Source: an uncultured Gemmatimonadales bacterium
Lineage (GTDB): Bacteria > Gemmatimonadota > Gemmatimonadetes > Longimicrobiales > Gaopeijiaceae
Direction of reading: 5' to 3'
Assembly (NCBI GenBank): GCA_963823035.1
Contig: CAWGKG010000020.1
Location: 160,001 to 224,000, forward strand
DNA length: 64,000 nt
Shown here piece after piece: positions 11,422-22,445 of this stretch. The translations under genes and the position numbers were made by a program. The stretch's first letter is position 1, and each line of letters starts with the position of its first letter. Below the pieces are notes generated by a model. The model was not told the origin of the DNA. It worked only from the letters and a program-made list of their open reading frames with translations, and did not search any database.

Positions 11422-12311
11422 TCAATGCGTCATGCCGTAGATGATGTAGTTCACCCCGAGCTTGTAGGCGTCGTTGGCCAGGTCCACCGGGTAGTAGCCC
11501 TGGTCGCTGAACTCCCAGTACTCGGAGATGTCGTTGTCGTAGTTGATGATCGCCATCAGGCGCTTGGAGCGGTCGTTGTCCTCGAAGACGCCGTACCACA
11601 CGGGGTCCTGCGGCCCGTACGGCGGGATCACCAGGTGCGGGTCGACGCGGAAGAACGAATCGAAGATCTCGTGCGATTCGTCGAGCTGCACGAGCTGCAC
11701 GCCCGGAAGCGCGCGGTTCAACTGGAACTCGAGGTTCTCGAGCGCACGCTGGCCGCGGAAGTCGTCGACGATCAGGAAGCCGCCCTTGAGCAGGTACTCC
11801 CGTAGCCGGGCGACCTCCCCGTCCGTGGGCTCCCACGCGCTCACCTCGATGATGTAGGCGATGGGGTTCTCGAAGAGGTGCGGATCGTCCAGCGGGTAGA
11901 TGTTCGACCCGTCCACCAGCGGGTGGATGAACGTCATCGCGTCGAGGAGCTTGGTGAAGTTCCGCTCCCCGCGCGGGTAGTCGTGTGCCCACGGCGGCCC
12001 GCGACCCTGCACGCTCCGCATGCCGCGTCGTGAGTACTCGTAGCGGATCCGCATGAAGTGGTAGCGGCCGTCGTACGGCGCGTTCAGCCGTTCCCAGTCC
12101 TGCGGCGCGGGGAGGGCGATCGAAGCGGGGGGAGCGTCGTCGCTCTCCGCGGCCGGCACGGCGGACAGCGCCCGCGTCGACGGCGCCTTCGCGGCCGAGC
12201 CCACCTCGGCCCGGCGCCGACGCCGTCGCGCCGGACCGTCGTGACGCCCACCGCCGTCGCACCCACCGCCAGGGCGATCGCCAGGGGCCGAACCAGCCAC
12301 CGCCAGCTCAT
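11422..12311 (-). CDS. DUF4159 domain protein (copy 1), exported; frameshifted
   Basis: WAHDYP, LREYLLKGGFLIVDDFRG, HEIFDSFF, NDISEYWE, LGVNYIIYGMTH; signal-like N-terminus in ORF 12084..12311, indel near 12210. Confidence 0.8.
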
Positions 12312-14939
12312 GGGGCACCTCCGTTTCCGGCTCGGCGCAGCGCCAGCAGGAGCTCGAGCGCGTCGTCGTACTCGGGGGCGATCTCCAGCGCGCGGAGCAC
12401 CGTGCGGCGCGCTTCGTCGCGGGAGCCGGCGTCCATCTGCGCGACCGCCAGGAGGTAGAGCGCCTCGGCGCGGTCGGGCGGGTCGAGCGCCACCACGGCG
12501 GCGCGCTCGCGCACGGTGCCGAAGCGGTCACCCAGGTCGCTGTCCAGCACGGCCAGCTCGCGGTGCACGTCGACGTCGTACGGGTACACCTGGATCGCCT
12601 GGAGCAGCGCGCCCGCCGACGCGGCCGGGTTTCCGAGCGAGTCCTCCACGGCGGCCAGGGCGAGCAGCGCGTCGTAGTTGGACTCGGACAGCTCCGTCAG
12701 GCGCCCCAGCGCGGCGGCCGCGCGGTCCAACTCGCCCCGCATCCGATGGATGCGCGCGAGGTAGACGTAGGGGCTGTCCGGTCCGCCGTAGTCGGGGAAG
12801 ATCTCCAGCACCTTGCGCAGGTGCGGCTCCGCGTCGTCGTAGCGCTCGTCTCGCACCAGGAGCGCGCCGAGGATCATCTGCGCCACCAGGTCGCCGGGGT
12901 GCGCACGCACATAGTCCGCCATGGCCTCCGCGCCCGCGTCGGGCGACGGCATCTCTCCCACCTTGGCGAGCCCTCGCAGGGGCGAGGCGAAGCGCGTGTG
13001 CAGGTAGTCGTCGAACTCGTCGTCGAACGTCTCGAGCGTGGTGCCGAGGACGGACTCGAAGAGCTCCTCGGTGGTCCGACCCTCGCGGTAGCCGTCGAGC
13101 ATGGTGCGAATGGCGGGGAAGCCGTGCCGGTCCTCGATCAACTGGAAGACCAGCGACGCCTCGTAGTAGGAGAACCCGACCTGCTCGGGATACTCGGGTC
13201 GCATGAAGCCGTCGTTGAGCTCGCTGACCTTCTTCAGCCTCCCGTCGCGCAGCGCCTGCAGGAAGGGGATGCTCGCCTGGTGGCCCCACCCGACCCGCGC
13301 CTTGCGCTGCTCGTGCACGGCGAGCCCCTCGGAGAACCAGCGGGGCACGCGGTTCTCGGAGATCGCCAGGTGGAAGGCGTGGGCCAGCTCGTGCCACAGC
13401 GTCGACGCCCAGTTGTACTCGCCGCGCTCACGCGCCGAGGGGGAGTCCATGACCAGGACGCTCCCGAAGCTGACGCCGAGCGCTCCCAGCCCGGTCTCCC
13501 CGAGCGTGCGCACCGAGAAGTCGGCGTGGCTCGGGTACAGCTCGACGCGCACCGGGAGCGCCGGCTCGGCGCCGTAGCGCCGTGAGAGGGAGTCGTACGC
13601 CTCTTCGGCGAGCGTCGAGACGTAGGGCGCCAGGAGGTCGGCCTCGGTACCGGCGAGGAAGAGGTGGAAGTGCCTCGTCTCCTTCGTCTCGAAACGATCG
13701 AAGGTGTCGAGGAGGTCGAGGCTGTTCTTGAACCAGGGGTTGTACGGGTCTCCGGCGAAGGCGCGCTCCAGGCTCGTGCGCCCCTCCTCGATCCGCCCCG
13801 TGCGCAGCTGGTTCATCCCCAGCAGCCCCCACGCCCGCCAGGAGGTCGAATCGAGCGCCACGGCCGTGGCCGCGCGGTCCACGGCCTCCCCGTAGCGGCG
13901 CACCTGCACCGCGAGCTCCGCGACCGTCGCGTCGAGGTCCGCGTAACGCGGGTTGAGGCGCAGCGCGCGGGCGCGCGCCTCCTGGAAGCCGGCCGTGTCG
14001 TCCGCGAGGAAACGGGCGGCGGCCAGCATCGACAGCGCCTCCAGCGAGGCTGGATCCACCGCGAGGGCGCGCTCAGCCTCGCGGGCGCCGCCCTCGAAGT
14101 CCTCGCGGGAGACGTCGAGGCGGGCGAGGAGCGTGTGCGCGTCGGGGTCGTCCTCGTTGACCTCCAGCGCGGCCCGGATCCGCTCCCCCGCGCCGGCCGT
14201 GCCGTCGAAGTCGAGCGCGCGCGCCATGCCGAGCAGCGCGCGCGGGTCGTTCGGGTTCAAGGCGAGCACCTTCCCGAACTCCTTCTGCGCCGCCGGGCTG
14301 TCGTACTTCTCGAGGAAGAGCGCGCCGGCGAGCAGCGACGGCTCCGTCCATCCCGGGTCCGCCGAGAAGGCCTCGTCGAAGGCGCGCAGCGCGTCCTGGA
14401 AGAGGTCCGGATCCGTGCGTCCGAGTCGGTGCACCGCACGCCCGACCGCCACCAGGTCGCGCGCGGACAGCGTACCGTTCGCCTGGTTGTAGACGTCGAT
14501 GAAGCGGTCGAAGCGCGCCATCGCCTCGTCCACCCGCCCTCGGCGGAAGAGGAGATCGGCGAGGTCGACCTCGGCGGTGAGCCGGTCCTCGCCCGCGGCC
14601 TCGACACCCTGCCGGTAGGCCGCTTCGGCTCCGTCGAGGTCGCCCCGGCGCTCGAGTACCCTCCCGAGCGCGTCCGCCGCCGCCCCGGCGTCGGGCGCTT
14701 CCCGGGCCACCGCGACGGCGTCGTCGTAGCGACCCCTTCACCGTCAGCGCCTCGATCAGCCCGCGGCGCGCCTCGACCGAAGCCGGCTCCGCGCGCACCA
14801 GCGAGCGGTACTCGCGGATCGCCCTGTCGTAGTCGCCCGTGCGCAGCGCGGCCAGGCCCTGGGTCTGGGCCCGCGTCCCCGCCGGGAGGGCGGCGAGGAG
14901 GCAGGCCGTGGCGAGCAGGAGGGTCGGCCGACGGATCAC
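12308..14939 (-). CDS. TPR-repeat protein with central peptidase MA/gluzincin domain; frameshifted
   Basis: Signal peptide (GTG 14939, LLLATACLLAALPAGTRAQ), many TPR-like helices, zinc motif WHELAHAF followed by PRWFSEGLA. Indel near 14735. Confidence 0.85.
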
Positions 14940-15952
14940 GCGCCTCCTCCCTCCCGGGCCTTGATCTCCCGGTTCTTGAGGGCCAGCTCGACCAGCACCG
15001 CCTCCAGTGCCTCGTCGTACTTCTCCTCGGTCATGGCGTCGCGTGACGCTCGCAGCCCGTCGAGGCGCGTCATGATCTCCCGGCGCTCCTCGTAGAGGCG
15101 CGCGAGCGCGGGGTCGTCGAGCGCGGCCGCGGTCGTGCCCGTGCCGCCCAGGCGGAAGCCCGAAGCCAGGCGGCCGTCGGCGCCCGTCGCGCTTGCGTCC
15201 TGGCTGCCTTCGCCGTCGCCGTTGTCGTCCAGGACGGCGTGCTCCACCAGGATCTCGTTCTCCTCCTCGTAGTGGCGCGCCACCTCGGCGCGGGCGTAGA
15301 GGAAGGCCTCCAGGAGGGAGACGCGTCCGTCCTTGTCCATGTCGGCGCTCGCGCCGGCGAGCGCCTCCACGAAGTAGCCCGGGAACTCCGTCGCGTTGCG
15401 CTCGCGCACGGTACGGGTGGCGCTCACCACGATCCGGTTCGGGCCGGAGAGGGGCGCGATGAAGCCCCCGCCCGAGCTGCCCGTGTGCACGACCGCCACC
15501 GTCTGGGTGGGGAAGGCCGCCAGCGCGGCCGCCAGCTCCTCGGCCGAGAGGTCGGGACCCGGGAGATTGAACTGCCCCTCGTCGCCCTGCGCCGTGCCAT
15601 GTCCGATCAGCACGATGAGGATCTGATCGCGCGGGCCCGAGCGCGCCGCGATCTCCCCGATGGCACGCGTGACGTTCTCCTTCGTGGAGCGGTCCTGCAC
15701 CAGGCCGGGCGCCAGGTCCACCCGCTCCGCGAGGACGGTCACGTGGTCCGCCGGCACGCCGTCCTTCTCCGTGAGCGTGGCGCGCAGCTCCTTCGCCCAG
15801 CCCACGAAGCGCTGGCGATAGGCGTCCGTGCCCCCCAGGCCCACGATCACGAGCGCGTGCGTCTCCTGCGCCCCTGCCGGCGGCGAGACCGCCACCAGGA
15901 GGAGGGACGCGGCGATGCCGCCCCACGGCCGATGCCGGCGGGCGCGCCTCAC
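14936..15952 (-). CDS. Secreted caspase/legumain (clan CD)-fold protein, catalytic Cys apparently replaced
   Basis: GTG 15952 overlaps the upstream stop; signal peptide ending PAGAQ; HALVIVG, ILIVLIGHG, VVHTGSSGGGF, IVVSAT, DMDKDGRVSLLEAF. Confidence 0.6.
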   Translation of the reverse strand: MRRARRHRPWGGIAASLLLVAVSPPAGAQETHALVIVGLGGTDAYRQRFVGWAKELRATLTEKDGVPADHVTVLAERVDLAPGLVQDRSTKENVTRAIGEIAARSGPRDQILIVLIGHGTAQGDEGQFNLPGPDLSAEELAAALAAFPTQTVAVVHTGSSGGGFIAPLSGPNRIVVSATRTVRERNATEFPGYFVEALAGASADMDKDGRVSLLEAFLYARAEVARHYEEENEILVEHAVLDDNGDGEGSQDASATGADGRLASGFRLGGTGTTAAALDDPALARLYEERREIMTRLDGLRASRDAMTEEKYDEALEAVLVELALKNREIKAREGGGA

Positions 15953-18235
15953 GCGAGCCCCCGCATGCGCCGATAGCCCCATTCGGCGCCCATGAGCGTG
16001 AGGATCACCAGGAAGAGGATGGGCATGTCCCACAGGTCGCGCTGCTCGACCAGCGTGACCCCCGCCCCGGTGACCGTGATGTCGTCGGCGAGGGCGCCCA
16101 CGGTGGCCGGTGTGTAGAAGCGCCCCCCCGTCTCGTCCGCGATACGGCGCAGGACGTTCGTGCGCCGACCGGCGCCGAAGAACTCCTCGTCGCTCGGCGC
16201 CACCACCAGGTGGGTCTCGTCGGTACCCAGCACGCGATCGCCGCGCGTCGCCGAGACCTCGATGTCGTACGCGCCCTCCACGGTGGGCACGACGTGCGCG
16301 GCGTAATCGCCGTCGCGCTCCACCGTCCAGTCGGCCGGCACCTCGGTCACGGCACCGGTCGGATCGGTCACCTTCACGGTCACCACCGCGTCGTTGACCT
16401 CGAGGTAGGTCGAGTCGGAGACGTTCGCGCGCAGCTCCACCCGCTCGCCGCGCTCCACCTGCTCGTGGTCGAGCGTGACCGCCACCGCCTCGGGCACGTC
16501 GTCGACCAGCCAGCGCAGCATCTGCCGCCAGAGCGTCTCGTGGCTCTGGTCCTCCAGCGGCACGTCCGCGGACATCTGCCAGAGCCAGGAGTCCTGGATG
16601 GTGAGCGCCAGCGCCTTCCCTCGGCCGTAGCGCTGGTGGGCCAACACCACCTGGGGCGGGTCGAGGCCTTCGCCGGTGCCCTCGAGGAGGACCGTCGCGC
16701 CCGGCCGCGTCTCGGTGACGCGGTTCACGATCGTGACCGGGGGGAGCGCCGCCCAGCGCGTGCGCACGTCCACGCTGTCGTTGCCGAGCTGCATCGCCGC
16801 GTTGGCGGCGCCGGCGGGGGTGGGCGCGACCTTCACCTCCTCGAGGTACCCGTCCGGTGAGGCGGGCGCGTTCGTCAACACGACCGGGAGCACCTCCTCC
16901 ACGGGCGTGCCCGCCCATCCGCCCTCCGCGAAGGAGCTGCGTCCGCCCATCATGAGCAGGCCGCCGCCGCGCTCCGAGACGAAGTCCGCGATCATCTGGA
17001 GCTGGTCGTGCGAGAAGAAGGACGCCTCGACGCCGCCCAGAATGAGCGCCCGGTAGCGGTAGAGCTCGGCGCGCGTCCGCGGGAAGCCGCCCACCAGCTC
17101 CTCGCCGTCGTCCACGTCGATACGCAGGAACTTGCTTTCGGCCGTGCGCTGCAGGATCACGAGCTGCACGTTCTCGTCGTCCCGCACGGCGCGCCGCATG
17201 AACTTCACCTCCCAGCTCGGCTCGCCCGGGAAGTAGAGGATCTTCTCGCGGTCGCCGCGCACCTCGACCTGGACGTCGCGGGCGTTGTTGCGGTCGACGC
17301 GCTCACCCTCCTGCACGGGGATGCGGAAGCGCACCCGGTGCGCGCCCGCGGCGTCGAGCTGGAATCCGATGCGCGCCACCACGGGCTCGCCGTCGGGCCC
17401 GAGCGTCACGTTCTGCTCGGCCAGCAGGCGTGATTCGTCCTCCACGATGAGCGGCACGGTGCGCCGGTCCATCCCCGTCTGCGTGACGACCACGTCGACG
17501 AGCAGCGTGCTCCCCTCCAGCACCGCGCGCGGCAGCTCCACCCGTCCGACCTCGATGTCGGGGGCGAGCGACTCCTCGCCCAGCCCCACGGTGAAGACCG
17601 GCACCCCCGCCGCCTGCAGCGGGACGAGCGACTCGGTGAGGGGCCGGCGCCCGTTGTCCGCGCCGTCCGTGATCATCACGAGCCCGGCGAGCGGGAGGCC
17701 GGAGAGCTCCTCGCGCGCGCCGTCCAGCGCCGTGCCCAGGTCGGTGTGCGTGCCGTCGTAGCGGAGCTCGCCCGGGCCCTCCAGTCGTGTCGCGCGTGAG
17801 GAGAAGCGGAAGAAGCGCAGCGTGAACCGCTCGGAGAGCTGATGCAGGAGGTCGCTCTGCTCGGGGGAGAAGGCGTCCGCCACGAAGGCGCTGCGGGGTC
17901 GGCCGTCCGGCGTCCGCGATGCTCATGCTGCGCGAGTCGTCCACCAGGATGCCGACGAAGTTCTGCTGTGGCACCACGGTCGACAGGATGAGCGACGGCT
18001 GCAGGAGGCAGAACACGAGCACGCCCAGGAGGAGGACGCGCAGCCCTGCCATGACGACCCGGTCCGAGCGCGCGGCGCGCCCGCGGGCGATCGTGTAGGT
18101 GGCCACCGCGGCTGCGCCGAGCAGGCCTCCGGCCACCAGCCACAGGCGCACGGCCGTGGGGCTGGTGAAGGCGAAGTCGCCCTGCTCGAAGACGAGAGGG
18201 CGGTACTTGAACAGGAACTCGAAGAGGCCGCTCAT
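15949..18235 (-). CDS. Membrane protein with vWA and class I glutamine amidotransferase-like (DUF1355-type) domains; frameshifted
   Basis: Two N-terminal TM helices, MIDAS DDSRS, TDLG, ITDGADN; FVSERGGGLLMMGG...TPVEEVLPV; YGRGKALAL...WLW; C-terminal LWDMP...EWGYRR. Indel near 17900. Confidence 0.8.
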
Positions 18236-18245
18236 GGAGCCCGGG

Positions 18246-19167
18246 TCAGTGGCTCATGCCGTAGACGATCATGTTGGTGCCCATCTCGTAGGCGTACGTC
18301 GAGAGGGGGAGGGGATACATCGGGTCCTCCGCCCACTCCCACGCGTCGCCCAGGTCGGTGTTCCAGTTGATGATGACCATCAGCTCCCCGTCGTCGTCGA
18401 AGATGCCGAGGACGTGGGGGACGTATCCGTCCTGCTCCCAGGTGTGCCCGTAACCCCGCGTCACCGCCTCCCCGTTCCTCACGTTCGGGACCTGCAGGAT
18501 GGAATCGATCTGGTAATAGGTGGAGAAGAGCGGATGGTCCATGGGCAGCTCGACGATCGGCCGCCCCGGGAGGACCTTGCGGATGTTGTACTCGAACTGT
18601 CGCCACTCGTAGGAGCCCCAGAAGTCGTCGACGACCAGCAGCCCCCCGGCGTTCAGGTAGTCGCGCAGCCCGTGGATCTGCTCGGGGGTCAGGTCCATGT
18701 GCCCGACCTCGACCGCGTAGACCAGGGGGAAGCGGCGCAGCTTCGGGTCGGCCAGGTCGACGGCGTTCTCGAAGTCGTAGGCGTCCAGCGCGGACCAGCC
18801 GCTTCAGCACGACGAGGAACTGCCGGTCGCCCTTGGGGAAGTCGGTGGACCAGGCGTCGAAGCGCCGGCCCCAGCCCCGGCCACCACGCCTCCCGCCGCC
18901 GCCGCTGCTGTAGATCGCGCGCGTCCAGTAGAAGGAGTGGCGCCCGGGAGGCTCGTCGGCGGGCGGGAAGCGGAGCTGCAGGTCCTCGGACTCCGCGCGC
19001 GAAGGCCGCCGGATCCGGGGGAGGGTGTCGCGCGGGATCTGCTGCGCCAGGAGTCCCGCGCCGATGTCCCTCGCCGTCCCGGGCTCGCCCGTGCGATCGC
19101 ACCCCGCGGCGAACGCGGAGACGACGAGGACCGCCAGGGTCGAGCTGGCTCGGGAGGGTAACCGCAT
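18246..19167 (-). CDS. DUF4159 domain protein (copy 2), probable lipoprotein; frameshifted
   Basis: Lipobox-like AFAAGC, WSTDFPKGD, LRDYLNAGGLLVVDDFWG, HPLFSTYY, NTDLGDAWE, MGTNMIVYGMSH. Indel near 18790. Confidence 0.8.
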
Positions 19168-19359
19168 GGCCTGGTCTGCTGGAGTCGCGCGGGCGGCGGG
19201 TCCCGTTTGCTACTTGGGCCGTAGGGGAAGGTTCCTGGCCCCGGCCGGGTCACCGTCTCTTCTCCTTCGACCCCCGGGCCGCGCTTCGCGTTGAATCCTC
19301 CGACCCGTCGCCACGTAGGTACGGCTGTACTTCTGAACGCGGAGGCGCAGATTCCGAGC

Positions 19360-19764
19360 ATGAGCCGCAAGAAAGGGCAACCCCTGGTGATGGCGTCGCG
19401 CAGCGTCACGCTCCGCGACTTCTTGATCTTCCAGCTCAAGCTGGTGGTGGACGGGGCGAAGGACACCCTGGTGTTCTTCCTGTCCATCGCGGCGATGGCG
19501 CTGGACTTCATCTCCGGTCGGGGTCGCCGGCCGCGGCTGTTCTACTCCGTGATGCGGATGAGCGAGAAGTTCGACCTCTGGCTCAACCTCCACGGAATGG
19601 TGGAGCGGATCGAGCAAGGGGAGGACGAAGACGGGCTCTTCGGCGTGAGCGAGGCGGGGTCCGACTCCCTGGTCGGGCAGATCGAGCAGCTCGTGCGTGG
19701 GGGAGACACCCCGCGGGCTCGGGGAGCGAAGCGGGTGGAGCGGCCGGAGGACGACGCGTCCTGA
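19360..19764 (+). CDS. Hypothetical protein
   Basis: Clean GC3-biased ORF (RDFLIFQLKLVVDGAKD...EKFDLWLNL); no family recognised. Confidence 0.7.
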   Translation: MSRKKGQPLVMASRSVTLRDFLIFQLKLVVDGAKDTLVFFLSIAAMALDFISGRGRRPRLFYSVMRMSEKFDLWLNLHGMVERIEQGEDEDGLFGVSEAGSDSLVGQIEQLVRGGDTPRARGAKRVERPEDDAS

Positions 19765-19865
19765 CGGAGCGCCCTGCGCTCTCGAGTACGTTCGCGCACT
19801 TTCGCGGGCGCGGCTTGCCCTCCAGATTGGCGCCGTTTTGCGTCACTCCCGAGGAGGCACCCCCG

Positions 19866-22098
19866 TTGCGTCGCTCGAGCTCGACCGCTGTTTCCGCCGC
19901 CGCCTTCCTGATCGCGGGCACGCCCGCGTTCGCCCAGGTATCCGCCACCCGAAGTGAAGCCGACCGGCTGCGCGTCGAGGCGGCCGAAGCCACCGGGGGC
20001 GTGCGGGTCGACGGCGTGCTCGACGACGAGGTGTGGAGCCGGGCACGCCCCGTCACCGGCTTCGTCCAGGCCGAGCCCCGCGAGGGGCAGCCGGCGTCCG
20101 AGCGCACCGAGGTGCGCGTGGCGTGGGATGCGGAGAATCTCTACATCGGCGCCTATCTGCACGACGACGCCCCGGACGGGGTCGTGGTCACGGACATCAA
20201 GAAGGACTTCGTGGAGACCGAGCAGGATGCCTTCTCGGTGATCCTCGACACCTTCCACGACCGCAGGAACGGCTACCTCTTCAGCACCAACCCCGAGGGC
20301 GCCCGCGCGGACCAGCAGGTGGCCAACGAGGGGCGCGAGATCAACCAGAGCTGGGACGCGATCTGGCGCGTGCGCTCGCGGCGGGTGGACGACGGGTGGA
20401 CCACGGAGATGGCGATCCCCTTCCGGGCGCTGCGCTTCGACGAAGGCGTGGACCGGCCCTGGGGGATCAACTTCCGCCGTCGCGTGCGCCGGAAGAACGA
20501 GATCGACTACTGGTCGCCGGTGCCTCGCGCGTACGAGCTGACACGGCTGTCGCTCGCCGGTGACCTGTACGGTCTGCCGCGCGCGTCCGGGGGGCGGGAC
20601 CTCAGGGTCAAGCCGTACGTGATGGGCGCGGAGGTGCGCGCGACCGGCGAGGAGGACTACGAGACCCGTCGCGAGGCCGGCGTGGACGTGAAGGCGCGCG
20701 TCCTCGACGCCTTCACGCTGGACCTGACCGTCAACCCGGACTTCGCGCAGGTGGAGGCGGACGTCCAGCAGGTCAACCTGACGCAGTTCAGCCAGTTCTT
20801 CCCGGAGAAGCGCGAGTTCTTCCTGGAGAACTCCGGGCTCTTCTACGTGGGCGACGCGGCGCGCAACAACCGCGTGAACGCCGTCGCCCACGCCGGACGA
20901 GGACCTCCTCCTCTTCTTCTCACGCCGGGTGGGCGTGGCCGACGACGGGCGCGCGATCCCGATCGTGGCGGGCGGGCGCCTGACCGGCCGCGTGGGCGGC
21001 ACGAACATCGGCGCGATCGCGATGCGCACGGAAGACGTCGGCGGCCTTCCGGGGAGCGACTACACGGTGCTCCGCGTCCGCCAGAACGTCTTCGAGGGGT
21101 CGGACATCGGCGGGATCTTCATGATGAAGGATGCCCGCCGCGCCGTCCCCGACCTCGGCGACGACTACAACCGGGTCTTCGGCGCCGACGCGAACATCCG
21201 CTTCTTCGGCAACGTGGACTGGAACACCTACGTGGTGGGCACGCAGTCGCCGGGACCCGACCAGGGGCAGTACGCCTGGCGCACGTCGCTCAACCGCGAG
21301 TCCAACTTCGTGCACGCCAAGTTCGGCGCGATGCAGCTCGGCGAGAACTTCCGCGACGACCTCGGCTTCTACCGGCGCACGGGCGTGCGCAAGTACTTCA
21401 TCGACTTCGGGCTGCGCCCACGTCCGGAGACGATGCGCCGTCACGGCGTGCGCGAGATGCACCCGCACATCGTGTGGAACTACTACGAGGACCTCTCCGG
21501 GCGGATGGTCGCCAAGAACCTCCACTCCGGGTACACCTTCTTCATGAACGACGGGGGGTACTGGGAGCTGAGCGTGAACCCGGCGTTCGAGCGGATCGAC
21601 GCGCCGTTCGCGATCTCGCCCGACATCGATCCGATCCCCGTCCGGCTCCTACGGCTGGACCGCCTACCAGCTCCGCGGCAGCTCCGATCCGAGCCGGCGC
21701 GTCTCGGGCGGCTTCACCGGCATCGTGGGCGGGCTGTGGAGCGGAACCCAGCGCACCGTGAACGCCAACGTCACGCTCCGGCCGTCCTTCCGCTTCTACC
21801 TGGAGGCGCAGCTCCAGCGCACGTATGGCGAAGCTGGACCTTCCGGACGCGGACTTCACCAAGACGTTCTGGACGTTCCGCTCGAACTTCTCGTTCAACA
21901 CGAACATGTTCATCGACGCGCTCGTCCAGTACGACCCGGGCTCCGAGCTGGTGAACACCAACGTGCGCTTCAACCTGATCCACCACCCGCTGAGCGACCT
22001 CTTCATCGTCTTCAACGAGCAGCGCTTCGCCACGGGTGAGGGCATTCCCGCCGGGGCGCGGGCTGACGATCAAGGCGACGCAGATGGTGGCGTTCTAG
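19866..22098 (+). CDS. CBM9-like / DUF5916 outer-membrane protein; frameshifted
   Basis: GAGGAGG RBS, TTG start, signal ending AFAQ; VDGVLDDEVW, ILDTFHDRRNGYLF, WTTEMAIPF, LTVNPDFAQVEAD, FFPEKREFFLE; ends in a beta-strand with terminal Phe. Indels near 20885, 21640, 21825 and 22055. Confidence 0.85.
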
Positions 22099-22231
22099 CC
22101 CGGACGCCCGTACCCTCCCGCGAATCACCTCGTGGGACGACGTAGGTATCGTCGGATGCGACACTGGCGTGCGGCAGCGCCGGAACCTTAGTCTGCTCGT
22201 TCGAGGTTGCTGTAAGATTGAAGGAATTCGT

Positions 22232-22443
22232 CGCGGCGTCTGGTCCCCCCCGACGCCGCGGCCGTCGGCTCCTCGCGTGAGCCGACCCGGGTGGGCATCT
22301 CGCCACCCGCTCTCGTGAGGGTGAGCCGGGGCCGTGCGCTTCCGATGCGCCGGACCGGCGGAGATACGCGATATCGGCAGCAGGGGCTGCCGTGTACCGG
22401 GCCGGGATGGGAGGCGAACCATCACCCTGAACAAGGGGGGACC
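22232..22443 (+). promoter_or_regulatory. Candidate structured 5' leader of susC
   Basis: Five successive hairpins; the loop of the first (GGTCCCCCC, 22242-22250) is complementary to GGGGGGACC (22435-22443), which covers the RBS. Confidence 0.4.
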
Positions 22444-22445
22444 GC

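Noticed and set aside
18099..21761. 1220-aa plus-strand ORF
   Set aside because: Chimera of shadow frames, the real DUF5916 N-terminus (from 19866) and post-frameshift junk.
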